From Armatimonadota bacterium (GTDB lineage: Bacteria; Armatimonadota; SYMT01): a stretch of 64,000 bases of DNA. The stretch covers positions 32,001 through 96,000 of the forward strand of contig JBKBRF010000022.1 of assembly GCA_046292385.1 (NCBI GenBank). The letters run 5' to 3'. Of this stretch, positions 28,103 to 38,086 are shown piece by piece (position 1 is the stretch's first letter; each line of letters opens with the position of its first letter). The position numbers and the translations under genes are program-made. The notes under the pieces are model-generated. The model was not told the origin of the DNA. It saw nothing but the letters and a program-made list of their open reading frames with translations, and did no database searches.

Positions 28103-29641
28103 TTACTTACCGATCGCGTAGAGGTGGGTCTGGGTCGCCACGTAGAGCGTGCCGTTCGCCACGATGGGAGAGGAGTAGACCGGCGCGCGCATGTCGATGC
28201 GGCCCAGCTCCTTCATCGTCTTGTCGGCCGCCAGCATGATGATGTCGCCGTCCTCGGTGCCGAAGTAGACCTTGCCGTCCGCCGCCAGGGTGGAGCCCCA
28301 GATGTGACTCTTGGTATCGAAGACCCAGTACGGCTTGCCGGTGTTGGCGTCGAGGCAGTGCACGAAGCCACTGTAGTCGGCGGAGATCACCAGGTCGTTC
28401 ACGATCGATGGCGTGGAGATCGAGCGGGCGATCTTGTCGTAGCACCAGACCACGCCGCTGCCGCTCGCCGCCTTCGCCGGATCGATGCAGACCAGGTTGC
28501 CGACGCCCTCGCCGTGCTCCGGGTCCTGCCCGATGTTGATGAAGACCTTGTTCTTGTAGAAGACCGGCGTGGAGATCACCTCGCTCGGACCATCCGGCAG
28601 CGCGTACTTGATCGGCTTGCCGTCCTTCGTCCGGTAGTGCGGTGGGTTCAGGTCGACCTTCCAGAGCTGCTTCAGAATGTCGAGGCCGTCGTCCGCCTTC
28701 ACCGGGTTCACGTCGTATCCGTAGGCGAAGCCGTCGCCGCCGCCGTAGATGATCTGCCGCTGCCCGTTGACCGTCGCCAGCGTGGGGGACGACCAGTTGC
28801 AGTGCAGGGTGCGGGCGGAGATGCCGTCCGCCTCTTCGGCCATCAGCTCGCCGGTCTGCTTGTTCAGCACCGCAAGGGCCGGCGCCTTGGGGTTCGGGAT
28901 GTTGGTGTGGGTCCAGTCGACGCCGTTGGAAGTCGCCAGCACCACCCGGTCTTCCAGGATCAGCAGCGAGTTGCTGGTGGTGTTGTGCGGGAAGACGCCG
29001 AGCTCTTCGCGCAGGTCGTAGACCCAGATGATGTCCGCGTCTTTCGGGCCGACTTCCATCGCCGGGTTGCCGGGGCCCGCCAGGTACTGGCCTTCCGTCT
29101 TGTAGGGGCCGTCGTTCCCGTTCGCCATCCCGTTCACGTCGAGGCAGATCGCCTCGCAGCGGTTGGTCACCAGGTAGACCCGGTCCCCTTCCACCGCCGG
29201 TGAGGAGCAGATGCCGAGATACTCCCAGTCGCTGACCTTGCCGGTGCCGAGCTTGGGTACGGCAAGCTGCCAGAGCAGCTCCCCGGTCTTCTCGTCGAAA
29301 CACATCACCACGCTGCGGTCGCCGGTCTGCTTCGGGTTGCGCAGGCCTTCGTTGTTGGTGCCGACGAAGACCTTGCCGCCCGCTACGGTCGGGTTGCCGT
29401 ACGACTGCGAGCCGAGCTTGGCCACCCACCGCACGTTCTTGGTGGTGGCCATGTCGATCTCTTCGGTGTTGCCCTTGAAGCGGCCCGGATCCCACTGCTG
29501 CGGGAGCCCGGTCTCGTCCGAGACCATGTTGCGGGAGGAGTCCCGCCCCCACTGCGGCCAGTCGGCCGCGCTGGCGGCGATGGAGAGAGCGCCCAGCGCC
29601 ACCATGGAGGCCACGCCGATCCGCCGGAGCTTCGGTGTCAT
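28103..29641 (-). CDS. Secreted PQQ-binding-like beta-propeller protein 3
   Basis: Signal peptide ASA-ADWPQWGR; repeated 'CxDxxTGxxxW' blades. Confidence 0.88.
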   Translation of the reverse strand: MTPKLRRIGVASMVALGALSIAASAADWPQWGRDSSRNMVSDETGLPQQWDPGRFKGNTEEIDMATTKNVRWVAKLGSQSYGNPTVAGGKVFVGTNNEGLRNPKQTGDRSVVMCFDEKTGELLWQLAVPKLGTGKVSDWEYLGICSSPAVEGDRVYLVTNRCEAICLDVNGMANGNDGPYKTEGQYLAGPGNPAMEVGPKDADIIWVYDLREELGVFPHNTTSNSLLILEDRVVLATSNGVDWTHTNIPNPKAPALAVLNKQTGELMAEEADGISARTLHCNWSSPTLATVNGQRQIIYGGGDGFAYGYDVNPVKADDGLDILKQLWKVDLNPPHYRTKDGKPIKYALPDGPSEVISTPVFYKNKVFINIGQDPEHGEGVGNLVCIDPAKAASGSGVVWCYDKIARSISTPSIVNDLVISADYSGFVHCLDANTGKPYWVFDTKSHIWGSTLAADGKVYFGTEDGDIIMLAADKTMKELGRIDMRAPVYSSPIVANGTLYVATQTHLYAIGK

Positions 29642-29720
29642 ACTCTGTCTTCCTCGGTGCCCGGTGCCCGCCGACCGATCGGCCTAGCAGCGAGCGGAGA
29701 GTCGTGCTTCTCAAGTGGAA

Positions 29721-29814
29721 GAGGGTGTAGGGTGTAGGGTCCAGGGTATGGCGGCGGTGCGGCTTCGCCGCGGCTCCGGCCCCCTGGACCCTACACCCTA
29801 CACCCTGGCCCCTA
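29721..29814. repeat. Inverted pair of heptamer arrays (AGGGTGT/CCCTACA type)
   Basis: Left arm 29721-29748, right arm 29781-29814. Confidence 0.7.
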
Positions 29815-32115
29815 CTTGTTCGGGGTAACGGAGATGTTGTCTACGTAGACGGAGAACTTGCTCTGCGGCGCGAAGCCGAAGATGCCGGGAGCGCCTTCCT
29901 GGTGCGCATTCTTGTGCGGGACCTCGAGGGTCCACGCCGCCGGCTCCGCGTCGCCCTTCTTCCACACCTTCGCGCGGACCATGCCGGCGCCGTCCGGAGC
30001 CACGTCGACGCGGGTGACCATCCGGTACCAGACCTTCGGCTGCCACGCGAACGGCACCGCCACCTTGAGCCGCTCGTGGTTGGAGCTCACTTCCAGCTCC
30101 TGCGAGTTACCGCTCAACGCGATGGCATACCGCTGGTTGATCAGGCCGATCGTCGACTGGCTCCGCCGGTTGCCGTCCGACATCACGTCCGCTTCCAGGG
30201 TGTAGCTGCGGGTCTCCGGCTGACTAAGGAAGAGCATCGACCGCTGAAAGAGCGGATTGTCCAGCGTCTTTGCCAGCACCTTGTTGCCGTCGATCTCCCG
30301 CACGTCCCACTTGAAGCGGGCGCCGATCCACGGGAGCGGCGGGTAGGCGAACTTCACCGGCGGCGTATCCATCGTCGTCTCGGTGAGCTCCATCCCTTCG
30401 AAGTCCTGCTTCAGCGGGAGGCCCGGCAGGATGCGGCCGCGGAAGGTGCCCTTCAGGTCGCCGACCGTCGCCTGGAACGCCCCCGCGGAGGGGGTGAGCG
30501 CCGCGTCCGCCACCAGCTCGCCCTGCGCGTTGAAGCTGGCGTTCATCTCGGAGCGGACGCGGGCGGTCGGCGGGATGAATTTTGCCCACTTCACCTGGTT
30601 CGCCGGGTAAACGCCGGTCACGACGCCGTTCGCGTCGATCCCACGCACCCGGAACTTCTGCGTCTCACCCGGCCGCAGCGTCACCTCATTCGGGATCACC
30701 TGCAGCGCCACCGCGGGGCCCGGCTTCGGGGCCGCGGCTTCCGGCGCCGGCCGCGGGGGCTGTCCGCCGCTGCGGCTGCCGAAGCAGTAGACCTTCTCGG
30801 TGCTGGTGACGTAGACCTTGCCGTTCCAGACCGCCGGCGCGCCGAGGCACTGCCCCTCGAGCTGCACCTTGGTCAGCTCTTCCACGCCGGTGTCGGTCGG
30901 CTTCAGGATGTAGAACAGGCCGTTGGTGACCGGCACGTAGAGCTTGCCGTCCGCGTAGAGCGGGGAGGCGTGGAGCTCGTCCGGACCGAGCCGGTGCTCC
31001 CACTGGATCTTGCCGGTGTTGGCGTCGACCGCGTAGAGGATGCCCTTGCTCGACATCTGGTAGATGCGGTCACCGACCAGCACGGGCGAGGTCGAAAAGG
31101 CGCCGAGGTTATTGCGCCAGACTTCCGCGCCTTTGTCCAGCACCGGCGTGCCGCCGCCTTCGGCCGGCTTCGCCGCCGCGTTGATGTTGACGGCGATCAT
31201 CCGGCCGATCTCGGAGGTGTCGAGGTTCTCCGCATCGTGGATCGCGATCGCTTTGTCCTTGTGGAGCACGACCGACGAGTTGATCCCACCCGCCGACATC
31301 GGGTACTTCCAGATCGGCTGCCCGGTGCGCACGTTCACGCAGACCAGGTTTCCGCAGCCGGTGCCGGTGTACATCACCCGCTTGCCGTCCTTCCACGCCA
31401 GCAGCGGCGGCGCGAAGGAGTTGTCCTTCGGCCGGTCGCCGGGGGTGGAGGCCCACACGAGATCACCCGTGCGCTTGTCGTACGCGTAGAAGCGGTCCGC
31501 CGCCGGCCCTTCCGCGCCCCAGTTGCTGGTGATGGCGCGGATGATCACCAGGTCGCCGTCGATGATGGCGGAGCCGGTGCGGCCGTTCGGAAAGGTGAGG
31601 CGGCCCAGGTCCTCCATCAGGGAGTGACCCCACTGCCGCTTTCCATCGCCGGAGAAGCAGGCGAACTCACCCGCGGAGCTGAGGACGTAGACGTTCCCGG
31701 TCTCCGGATCGACGGTGGGACTGCCGATCGAGTACCGGTTGTAGATGATGTCGCTCAGGAAGTCGTTGAAATAGTGCGCCCACTGCCGCTGGCCGGTGTT
31801 GGCGTCCATGCAGACGAGCGCCTCGCGCAGGTCCGGCCCGTCGCCCTCGTAGCCGAAGACGTAGAGCTTGCCGTTGGCGACCACCGGCGTGCCGCGGGCG
31901 GCGAGCTTGACATCCCAGAGGTGGTTTTCACCCCCCGGCTTCCAGACCGAGGGCAGGCCCTTCTCGGCGGAGGTGCCGTCCTGCTGCGGCCCGCGCCAGG
32001 ATAGCCAGCCGGTCGCTTTGGCCTGCGCGGCGGCGCCGGAGACGGCGCACACCCCGGCCAGAGAGAGCGCCAGGCCCGAAACCAGGGCCACTGGCAGCGA
32101 CTTCATCTTCCCCAT
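29812..32115 (-). CDS. Secreted PQQ-binding-like beta-propeller protein 4 with C-terminal Ig-like/beta-sandwich domains
   Basis: GGAGAGGAG RBS; signal peptide; WLSWRGP; propeller repeats then ~300-aa beta-rich tail. Confidence 0.85.
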   Translation of the reverse strand: MGKMKSLPVALVSGLALSLAGVCAVSGAAAQAKATGWLSWRGPQQDGTSAEKGLPSVWKPGGENHLWDVKLAARGTPVVANGKLYVFGYEGDGPDLREALVCMDANTGQRQWAHYFNDFLSDIIYNRYSIGSPTVDPETGNVYVLSSAGEFACFSGDGKRQWGHSLMEDLGRLTFPNGRTGSAIIDGDLVIIRAITSNWGAEGPAADRFYAYDKRTGDLVWASTPGDRPKDNSFAPPLLAWKDGKRVMYTGTGCGNLVCVNVRTGQPIWKYPMSAGGINSSVVLHKDKAIAIHDAENLDTSEIGRMIAVNINAAAKPAEGGGTPVLDKGAEVWRNNLGAFSTSPVLVGDRIYQMSSKGILYAVDANTGKIQWEHRLGPDELHASPLYADGKLYVPVTNGLFYILKPTDTGVEELTKVQLEGQCLGAPAVWNGKVYVTSTEKVYCFGSRSGGQPPRPAPEAAAPKPGPAVALQVIPNEVTLRPGETQKFRVRGIDANGVVTGVYPANQVKWAKFIPPTARVRSEMNASFNAQGELVADAALTPSAGAFQATVGDLKGTFRGRILPGLPLKQDFEGMELTETTMDTPPVKFAYPPLPWIGARFKWDVREIDGNKVLAKTLDNPLFQRSMLFLSQPETRSYTLEADVMSDGNRRSQSTIGLINQRYAIALSGNSQELEVSSNHERLKVAVPFAWQPKVWYRMVTRVDVAPDGAGMVRAKVWKKGDAEPAAWTLEVPHKNAHQEGAPGIFGFAPQSKFSVYVDNISVTPNK

Positions 32116-32276
32116 CGTCGGAAACTCCTCTCCGTGCGCGTTCGAGGCGCCTGGATCGTCTGTCGACGGCCCCTCTGTAGCTGAGCGAGCCGGGAAATCA
32201 ATGGTGGTTGAGGATTTGTGGAGCGGCAGCGCCTTTTCTGTTGCCCTGGCCGCCGCAGCTCCCACGGACGCTCGCG

Positions 32277-33494
32277 CTACTTGCCGCGAACGTCCACGCA
32301 GGTCACCACACCCTGGTGGCTGCGGGCGTAGATCCGGCCGTTCGCCAGCGTGGGCGAGGTCCAGTACGTCCCGCGTCCCAGGCGCGCCCGGGCCAGCTCC
32401 GTGTACTTCTGCGGGGTGGCCTGGACCACCAGCAGCTCGCCCCGCTCCGTCAGTACGATCAGTTTGCCGTCCGCGGAGATCAGGCCTCCCTTGCCCATTC
32501 CACGCTCGCGCCAGCGCTCCTGCCCGGTCTTCCAGTCGATGCACTTCAGCGTGTTCTGATCGTTGCCGAAGAGCGCCCCGGCCACCAGCACGCAGCTATT
32601 GAAGTGGTTGCGCATGTTCCGGTTCTGCCAGACCGGCTTCGGCCGGCCGCCGGCGAGATTCAGCAGCGCGCCGCCCTTCTCGTAGTTCGAGGAGATGAAG
32701 ACGCTTCCGCCGGAGAAGATCGGATCGGCCGCGTTCACGTCGTAGGAGGTCTGCCAGGGGAAGCTCCAGAGCCGGCGGCCGTTGGCCGGGTTCACCGCCA
32801 CCAGCCCCTCCGCGGTGAAGAGCGCCACGCCCTTCTGGGTGCCGGCCGTAAACGGCAGCGGCGAGGAGTAGCCCGCGGTGCCGCCGCCGCTCTTCCAGAG
32901 CACGCTGCCGCGCCCGTCCAGCGCGATGCCCGCCGTTCCGACGTTGTAGAGGACGCGGCCCTCGTGCACCAGCGGCGAGCCGGCGAAGCCCCACCGCGGC
33001 ACGGCGGCGCCGGTCTCCCGCCGCAGGTCCTTGCCCCAGATCCGGCGGCCGGTGGCGGCATCCAGGCAGAGCGCGTGCCCTTCCCGGCTCAGGGTGTAGA
33101 CAACGTTTCCGTCGAGGGTCGGCGCCGCCCGCGGGCCGCCGTAGTCGCCCGCGGCGCAGGCGTAGGAGTACTTCCAGACCGGCCGGCCGGTATTGGCGTC
33201 CAGGCAGTAGACGGTGTCCTGCCCGTTGGCATTCCCCAGCGTGTAGAGCCGGTTGCCGCGCACGGAGACGGCGGAGAAGCCCTCCCCCACGTTCGCCGTC
33301 CAGAGCTGCTTCGGCCCGGCACCGGGCCAGCGAGAGAGCCACCCCTTCTCCGCGGAGATGCCGGTCCGCTGCGGCCCCCGCCACTGCGGCCAATCCGCCG
33401 CGGCGGCGGGAAGCACCGCTCCCAGCACGAGCAGCGGCACGAGCGCCAGGCGCCGGGAGCCGCCGGGACGGAGCTGAATCGGAATGCGTGTCAT
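32277..33494 (-). CDS. Secreted PQQ-binding-like beta-propeller protein 5
   Basis: Signal peptide AAA-ADWPQWRGP; propeller repeats; WTSPTLANGRIYAR. Confidence 0.88.
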   Translation of the reverse strand: MTRIPIQLRPGGSRRLALVPLLVLGAVLPAAAADWPQWRGPQRTGISAEKGWLSRWPGAGPKQLWTANVGEGFSAVSVRGNRLYTLGNANGQDTVYCLDANTGRPVWKYSYACAAGDYGGPRAAPTLDGNVVYTLSREGHALCLDAATGRRIWGKDLRRETGAAVPRWGFAGSPLVHEGRVLYNVGTAGIALDGRGSVLWKSGGGTAGYSSPLPFTAGTQKGVALFTAEGLVAVNPANGRRLWSFPWQTSYDVNAADPIFSGGSVFISSNYEKGGALLNLAGGRPKPVWQNRNMRNHFNSCVLVAGALFGNDQNTLKCIDWKTGQERWRERGMGKGGLISADGKLIVLTERGELLVVQATPQKYTELARARLGRGTYWTSPTLANGRIYARSHQGVVTCVDVRGK

Positions 33495-33589
33495 CCTCTC
33501 ACCTCACCGTCTACAGGAACGCCCGGACCGCAAGGCTCCAACCCGCCGCACGGCGGCTCCCAAGCATCCGGTGGAGACGCGGACGTCCA

Positions 33590-33601
33590 TCGTAATTACG
33601 A
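33590..33601. promoter_or_regulatory. Candidate operator palindrome TCGTAATTACGA
   Basis: Perfect AT-rich 12-bp palindrome ~95 bp upstream of the first beta-propeller gene. Confidence 0.3.
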
Positions 33602-33741
33602 GCCGCGCGAGCGAAGCTCACGACCGCAAATGAATCGCAATATGCTCCCGTTCGGCAAGCGCCGCGCTGGGGCCTGCGCTCTCGCGGTTTACCGAAGCGC
33701 GCGATCTCGCCGGGCCCGGCGGTCCTCCGACGAGGGCAGGC

Positions 33742-34608
33742 CTACCACCGGATCTCCGGGGGGAAGTACTCCGCGATCAGCTCCCGGTAGTACGGCGTCA
33801 GCGCCGCCACGTCCGGGCGGTCCTCGCCTTTGGAGTAGAGGTCGTACGGGTTGAAGGCGCGCACCCAGGGGAGTAGCTCCCGGTCCCGGGCGTCGGTCAG
33901 GTGGGTGTAGGCGCCTTCGCGGTGCCAGGCGTAGAACGAGTGGAAGCGGATCATCGCCAGCGCTTCGGCGGGCAGGTACTCCTTCACCACCTGGTAGAGG
34001 TACTCGTCGTGGCCCCAGGAGAGGTGGACCCGGTCCAGGCCGATGCCTTCTTCATAGATTCCGCAGGGGGTCTGGTACGCCGGCACCTGTGCGTCCGGGT
34101 TCTCCGCGAAGAGCTCCGGGAAGACGACGCGCTCCGAAAAGGCGCAGCCGACCGGGAACGTGTCCCCCACCACCGCCCACTGCGGCTCCCCGAAGAAGCA
34201 GAGCACCTTGCCGAGGTCGTGGATCAGGCCGGTGAGGATGAACCAGCGCGGGTGCCCGTCGCGGCGGATCGCCTCCGCCGTCTGCATCAGGTGCTCAATC
34301 TGGGAGAGGTCGGTATCCGGGTCGCTGTCGTCGACCAGCGTGTTCAGCCACTCCATCGCCTCCCAGATCCCCATCCGGCGGCGGTCGAGCGACAGGTACT
34401 CCGCCTTCTTGCCGCGGACGAACTCCAGTGTCTGGTGACGGTGGTTGAGCCGGTAGAACTCCTTCACGCTCGGACGCGCCTCCGCGCGATAGTCGCGGAA
34501 CGCCTCCGGCGCCTTCCCGCCCGCCGCGGGGTAGCGCAGCTGGGGCACCGTCTCCCAGTCGTCGAGATCCGCGAGCGGGGTGGTCGGGGCGGACTCAGTG
34601 GGTTCCAT
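33742..34608 (-). CDS. miox: Myo-inositol oxygenase (HD-fold di-iron)
   Basis: [60 protein letters not shown]. Confidence 0.93.
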   Translation of the reverse strand: MEPTESAPTTPLADLDDWETVPQLRYPAAGGKAPEAFRDYRAEARPSVKEFYRLNHRHQTLEFVRGKKAEYLSLDRRRMGIWEAMEWLNTLVDDSDPDTDLSQIEHLMQTAEAIRRDGHPRWFILTGLIHDLGKVLCFFGEPQWAVVGDTFPVGCAFSERVVFPELFAENPDAQVPAYQTPCGIYEEGIGLDRVHLSWGHDEYLYQVVKEYLPAEALAMIRFHSFYAWHREGAYTHLTDARDRELLPWVRAFNPYDLYSKGEDRPDVAALTPYYRELIAEYFPPEIRW

Positions 34609-34798
34609 GCGGCTCCTCCGGGGCGGGTCCTGCTCCCCGCCACTTCAGATTACCGCGGAGAGGTGGCGCATGAGAAAGCGGGCACCGCGGAAGGCTCGGA
34701 GATCTTCCGGCGGCGCCCGCCTCGGGACACCCCGACGTTGGCCGGGAGGCGGGATGTCCTGCGGGTCCGTTCCAGCGCTGGGGACCGCGAACGGAAAC

Positions 34799-35647
34799 CT
34801 ATCCGGCTTCGGCCAGGAGCGCCGCCAGCTCGGCGGCGAGGGTGCGGAGCTGGTCCGCCCGGTCCGCCGAGATCTTCTTGCCGCGCTGCGCGCGGACATG
34901 ATCGTCGAAGCACCGGAGCGCCGTCCCCGCCGCGGCGAGGTCTTCTGCCTCGACTGCCGCGCGGACCGCCGCCAGCTTGTCTTCCAGGCTGCTGCCGAGC
35001 CCGCACACCGAGCCGTCCGCGCGTCCCGCCGCCAGCGCTTCCTCCAGCGCCTCCAGCGCGGCGCCGATCGGCACCGGCACGTTCCCGTAGCAGACGTTGT
35101 CGACCGCGATGAACTGCGCCTCGCCCGGCACGTTCGCTACCGTCACGCGGGTAATCGTCCCCTGCCGGGCGATGAAGCCCACGAACGTCGGGCCGCCGTC
35201 GGTCAGCGGCACCAGGTAGCTCTGCGAGCCGGCAGTGGTATCGACGATCACCTCCACACCGCCGCCGGAAAGGAGCGCCATCACGTCGAGGCCGACCGCC
35301 GTCACGCCCGGGTTCACCTCCAGCACCAGCGGGTTGAAGTTCCGGTTGGAGAGGAGCACGCGAGACTGCAGCGCGGGGAGACCCGGGAAGAGCTCATCGG
35401 AGATCACCATGAGATCTCCGGGGTCGCCGTCGGTGGAGCGCAGCTCCAGGCCCGGGTAGGCGAGCGTCTGGAAGTGGGAATTGTCCTCCAGCTCGGTGAA
35501 GTCGAGGCGGGCGAGGTCGTCACCGGAGGCGGCGGCGAAGTCGGCCCGCTGGCCGAAGTACTCGAGCTGCTGCGCGTGGGCGACGCGCGGCTGGAGCAGG
35601 ATGGCGGCCACGAGAGCCGAAAGCAAGGCGAAAGATCGACGGGTCAT
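34799..35647 (-). CDS. Secreted hypothetical protein with C-terminal helical (FIMAH-like) domain
   Basis: Signal peptide AHA; beta-rich core; tail 'FDDHVRAQRGKKISADRADQL'. Confidence 0.65.
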   Translation of the reverse strand: MTRRSFALLSALVAAILLQPRVAHAQQLEYFGQRADFAAASGDDLARLDFTELEDNSHFQTLAYPGLELRSTDGDPGDLMVISDELFPGLPALQSRVLLSNRNFNPLVLEVNPGVTAVGLDVMALLSGGGVEVIVDTTAGSQSYLVPLTDGGPTFVGFIARQGTITRVTVANVPGEAQFIAVDNVCYGNVPVPIGAALEALEEALAAGRADGSVCGLGSSLEDKLAAVRAAVEAEDLAAAGTALRCFDDHVRAQRGKKISADRADQLRTLAAELAALLAEAG

Positions 35648-35964
35648 CAGGGCTCGTTCCTCTAAAGGTCGCCGGCCGCCCTCAAGAATGCGTGGCGAAG
35701 CACTTCTCTACCGGCACCCATAAGATCGGGCGGTGAGGAGCGTCATCAAATCATCCGGTCGGCGGAGCCGGCGCTCGCTCTTTTGCCGGAATGAGGCCGT
35801 CCCTTTGAAAGGAGACTGAGCCGCGCGAATGCACGTAACATGGTAGAGACGCTGCCGTCGAATACCTGGGAACCTTCACCCCCTCCGCGGGGACTAGGAA
35901 CAGAAGCCGCTCCGACCACTGGCTGCCGCGGCAGCCACGAGGCTGCGCCGGCCGAGGATCCGCC

Positions 35965-37131
35965 ATGCCAATCTTCCACTCCTTCTCACGCCTGACCGGG
36001 GTCGTTCTGCTCACGCTTGGCCTCGTTACCTCCGCCGGCGCGCAGGAGCTCTCTGCAGAGCGGGCGCGCAGTCTCTTCGTCGACGTGGAGCGCGTCTCCC
36101 GATTGCCGAAGGAAGACCAGAAGGAGCACGTCCGACGGATGTATCACGAGGTCTTTCCGGCGGTCTCCGACCTGAAGGCGGCCGGCGCGAGCACGATGCC
36201 CGCCCCACCGCTGCCGATCGACAACATGACGCCGGACGACGCCGCGGCCCGGGTGCTGGAGCAGGAGGGGGTGGAGGGACTGCGAGACCGGACCCGGCGC
36301 AAGGTGCTCTCCCTGCTGGCGCGCCATCCGGAGTCGGTGAAGCCGCTGGTGAAGTCCGACCTCCGCTCGCTGGAGCGCAGCGACGTGCTCCGGGGGCTCT
36401 CCGCCGCCGGCCGGCTGCAGCTTCAAGAGGCGCTGGACGGCGTGCTGAAGATCTTCCGGGCGGACCGCCAGGAGGCAGAGCAGGCGGCGCTGACGCTGCG
36501 GGACCTGAACGATCCGCGGGCGATCCGCGCGCTGGTGGAGCGGGACAAGAACCGCCCGACGCAGTATTACGAGCTGATTCGCCCCCTCCAGCGCGGCCGC
36601 TCCGCCGACCCGGCGCTCGTGAAGCTGCTCCGGCACAAGTCGGCCGTGATCCGGGAGCAGGCGGCCTACGCCCTCACCGACTCGGGTGACCCGGACCTCG
36701 CCTCGCACGTGCGTCGGCTGGTGAAAGACGCGGATGCGCGGGTGCGAGGGCAGGCCGCCGAAATGGGGTTCGCGCTGAGCGGGAGCGCTTTCGAGAAGGT
36801 ACGACCCAGCCTGACCGAGCTGCTGCACGATCCGGAGCGGGCCGTCCGGCTCACCACCGCCACCGGCTTCGCGCAGCGGCAGGATGCCACCGCCGGCCCC
36901 ACGCTGCTGACACTGCTCCGGGACGCCACGCTCGACGCGAAGGCGCACGGCGCCGTCGTCCGCGCCATCCAGAGCCTGACGGGGACCGCGTTCGGCTACG
37001 ACACCAGCGAGAGCGGCTGGCAGCCCGGCACGGAGAACAACCGGCAGGCGATCCGCCGCTTCGAGGAATGGATCCGCCGCCAGGGTGCCCTGAACATCGA
37101 CCGCCGTTCGCGATCCCGCGCCGACGGATAG
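35965..37131 (+). CDS. Exported HEAT-repeat protein
   Basis: Signal peptide; repeats LxxLLxDxxxxVRxxAAxxL. Confidence 0.8.
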   Translation: MPIFHSFSRLTGVVLLTLGLVTSAGAQELSAERARSLFVDVERVSRLPKEDQKEHVRRMYHEVFPAVSDLKAAGASTMPAPPLPIDNMTPDDAAARVLEQEGVEGLRDRTRRKVLSLLARHPESVKPLVKSDLRSLERSDVLRGLSAAGRLQLQEALDGVLKIFRADRQEAEQAALTLRDLNDPRAIRALVERDKNRPTQYYELIRPLQRGRSADPALVKLLRHKSAVIREQAAYALTDSGDPDLASHVRRLVKDADARVRGQAAEMGFALSGSAFEKVRPSLTELLHDPERAVRLTTATGFAQRQDATAGPTLLTLLRDATLDAKAHGAVVRAIQSLTGTAFGYDTSESGWQPGTENNRQAIRRFEEWIRRQGALNIDRRSRSRADG

Positions 37132-37149
37132 CAGCCCGGCCGATCAGCG

Positions 37150-37236
37150 GGTCATCCTGAGCCGCCGGGCCGGCCACCCCCGAAGAAGCGGAGGTCGCCC
37201 CATCGATAGCCGTCCGGCACTTCGATCAAGGCGCCT
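37150..37236. repeat. Dispersed ~90-bp repeat, copy 2
   Basis: Matches 3133-3229 block-wise. Confidence 0.7.
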
Positions 37237-37279
37237 CTCCTCGAGAGCCGGACGGCGGCAAAGCGCTTCTGCGCCTCGT

Positions 37280-37501
37280 CTACGCTTCGGGCTCCTCGGC
37301 GGGCTCCGCGGGGCTCTCCGCTTCTGCCGACCCGGTCTCATCCGCCTGGGCGGCTTCCCACGCTTCTACCTGGTCTGCCAGCGCCTCCAGCGCGGCGAGG
37401 CGCTGCCACATGTTCTGCACGGCGCCTTCCGGTGAGCCGGTGCGGCGGGCAAGGTCGAGCAGGCGCTCTTCCCCGGGGGCTGGGTAGGGTCCGTCCGGCA
37501 T
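37280..37501 (-). CDS. Small acidic hypothetical protein (73 aa)
   Basis: GAGGAG RBS, ATG at 37501. Confidence 0.55.
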   Translation of the reverse strand: MPDGPYPAPGEERLLDLARRTGSPEGAVQNMWQRLAALEALADQVEAWEAAQADETGSAEAESPAEPAEEPEA

Positions 37502-37702
37502 GGTCGCTCCTCGTGTACTACAGGGCGCTCGCGCGGCGCCGCCGGGGTAGTTTACCACGCAGGGGGCCGGCTCCTTGCGCTCGACGCTCGTTGATCCTGG
37601 TTTTGCGAGGGAATCTTCGCGCGGGCGTCTAACTGGAAGCGGCGCCGGGCCGACCTGCCCGCCGCCTCGTTGCCCGGTTCAGCCGGGACCCGGAGACCGT
37701 TG

Positions 37703-38086
37703 ATGCGCAAGGTAGTCACCAGCGACCAGCTTCCCAAACCCGCCGGCCCCTACTCCCCCGCCGTCATCGCGGGCGATTTCGTGTACGTCTCGGGCCAGGG
37801 CCCCACCGATCCTGCCACCGGCGAGATGGTGCTCGACAGCGTGCAGGCCGAGACCCGCCAGGTGCTGAAGAACGTCCAGGCGATCCTAGAAGCGGCCGGC
37901 ACCAGCCTGGAAAACGTGGTCAAGTGCAACGTCTACCTCGCCGACCGGCACGATTTCGCCGCCATGAACGAGGTCTACAAGGAGTTCTTCCCTCACGACC
38001 CGCCGGCCCGGACCACCGTACAGGCGCACCCCCCGGTGGAGATCCGCGTCGAGATCGACTGCGTAGCCTACCTTCCGCGCGGCTGA
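37703..38086 (+). CDS. RidA/YjgF family enamine deaminase
   Basis: GPYSPA, YVSGQ, FAAMNEVY, PPART, VEIDCVA. Confidence 0.93.
   Translation: MRKVVTSDQLPKPAGPYSPAVIAGDFVYVSGQGPTDPATGEMVLDSVQAETRQVLKNVQAILEAAGTSLENVVKCNVYLADRHDFAAMNEVYKEFFPHDPPARTTVQAHPPVEIRVEIDCVAYLPRG

Noticed and set aside
15729..33494. bamB or methanol/glucose dehydrogenase calls for the propellers
   Set aside because: No bam context or clear lipobox, no recognisable quinoprotein active-site motifs, and no pqq genes in the window.
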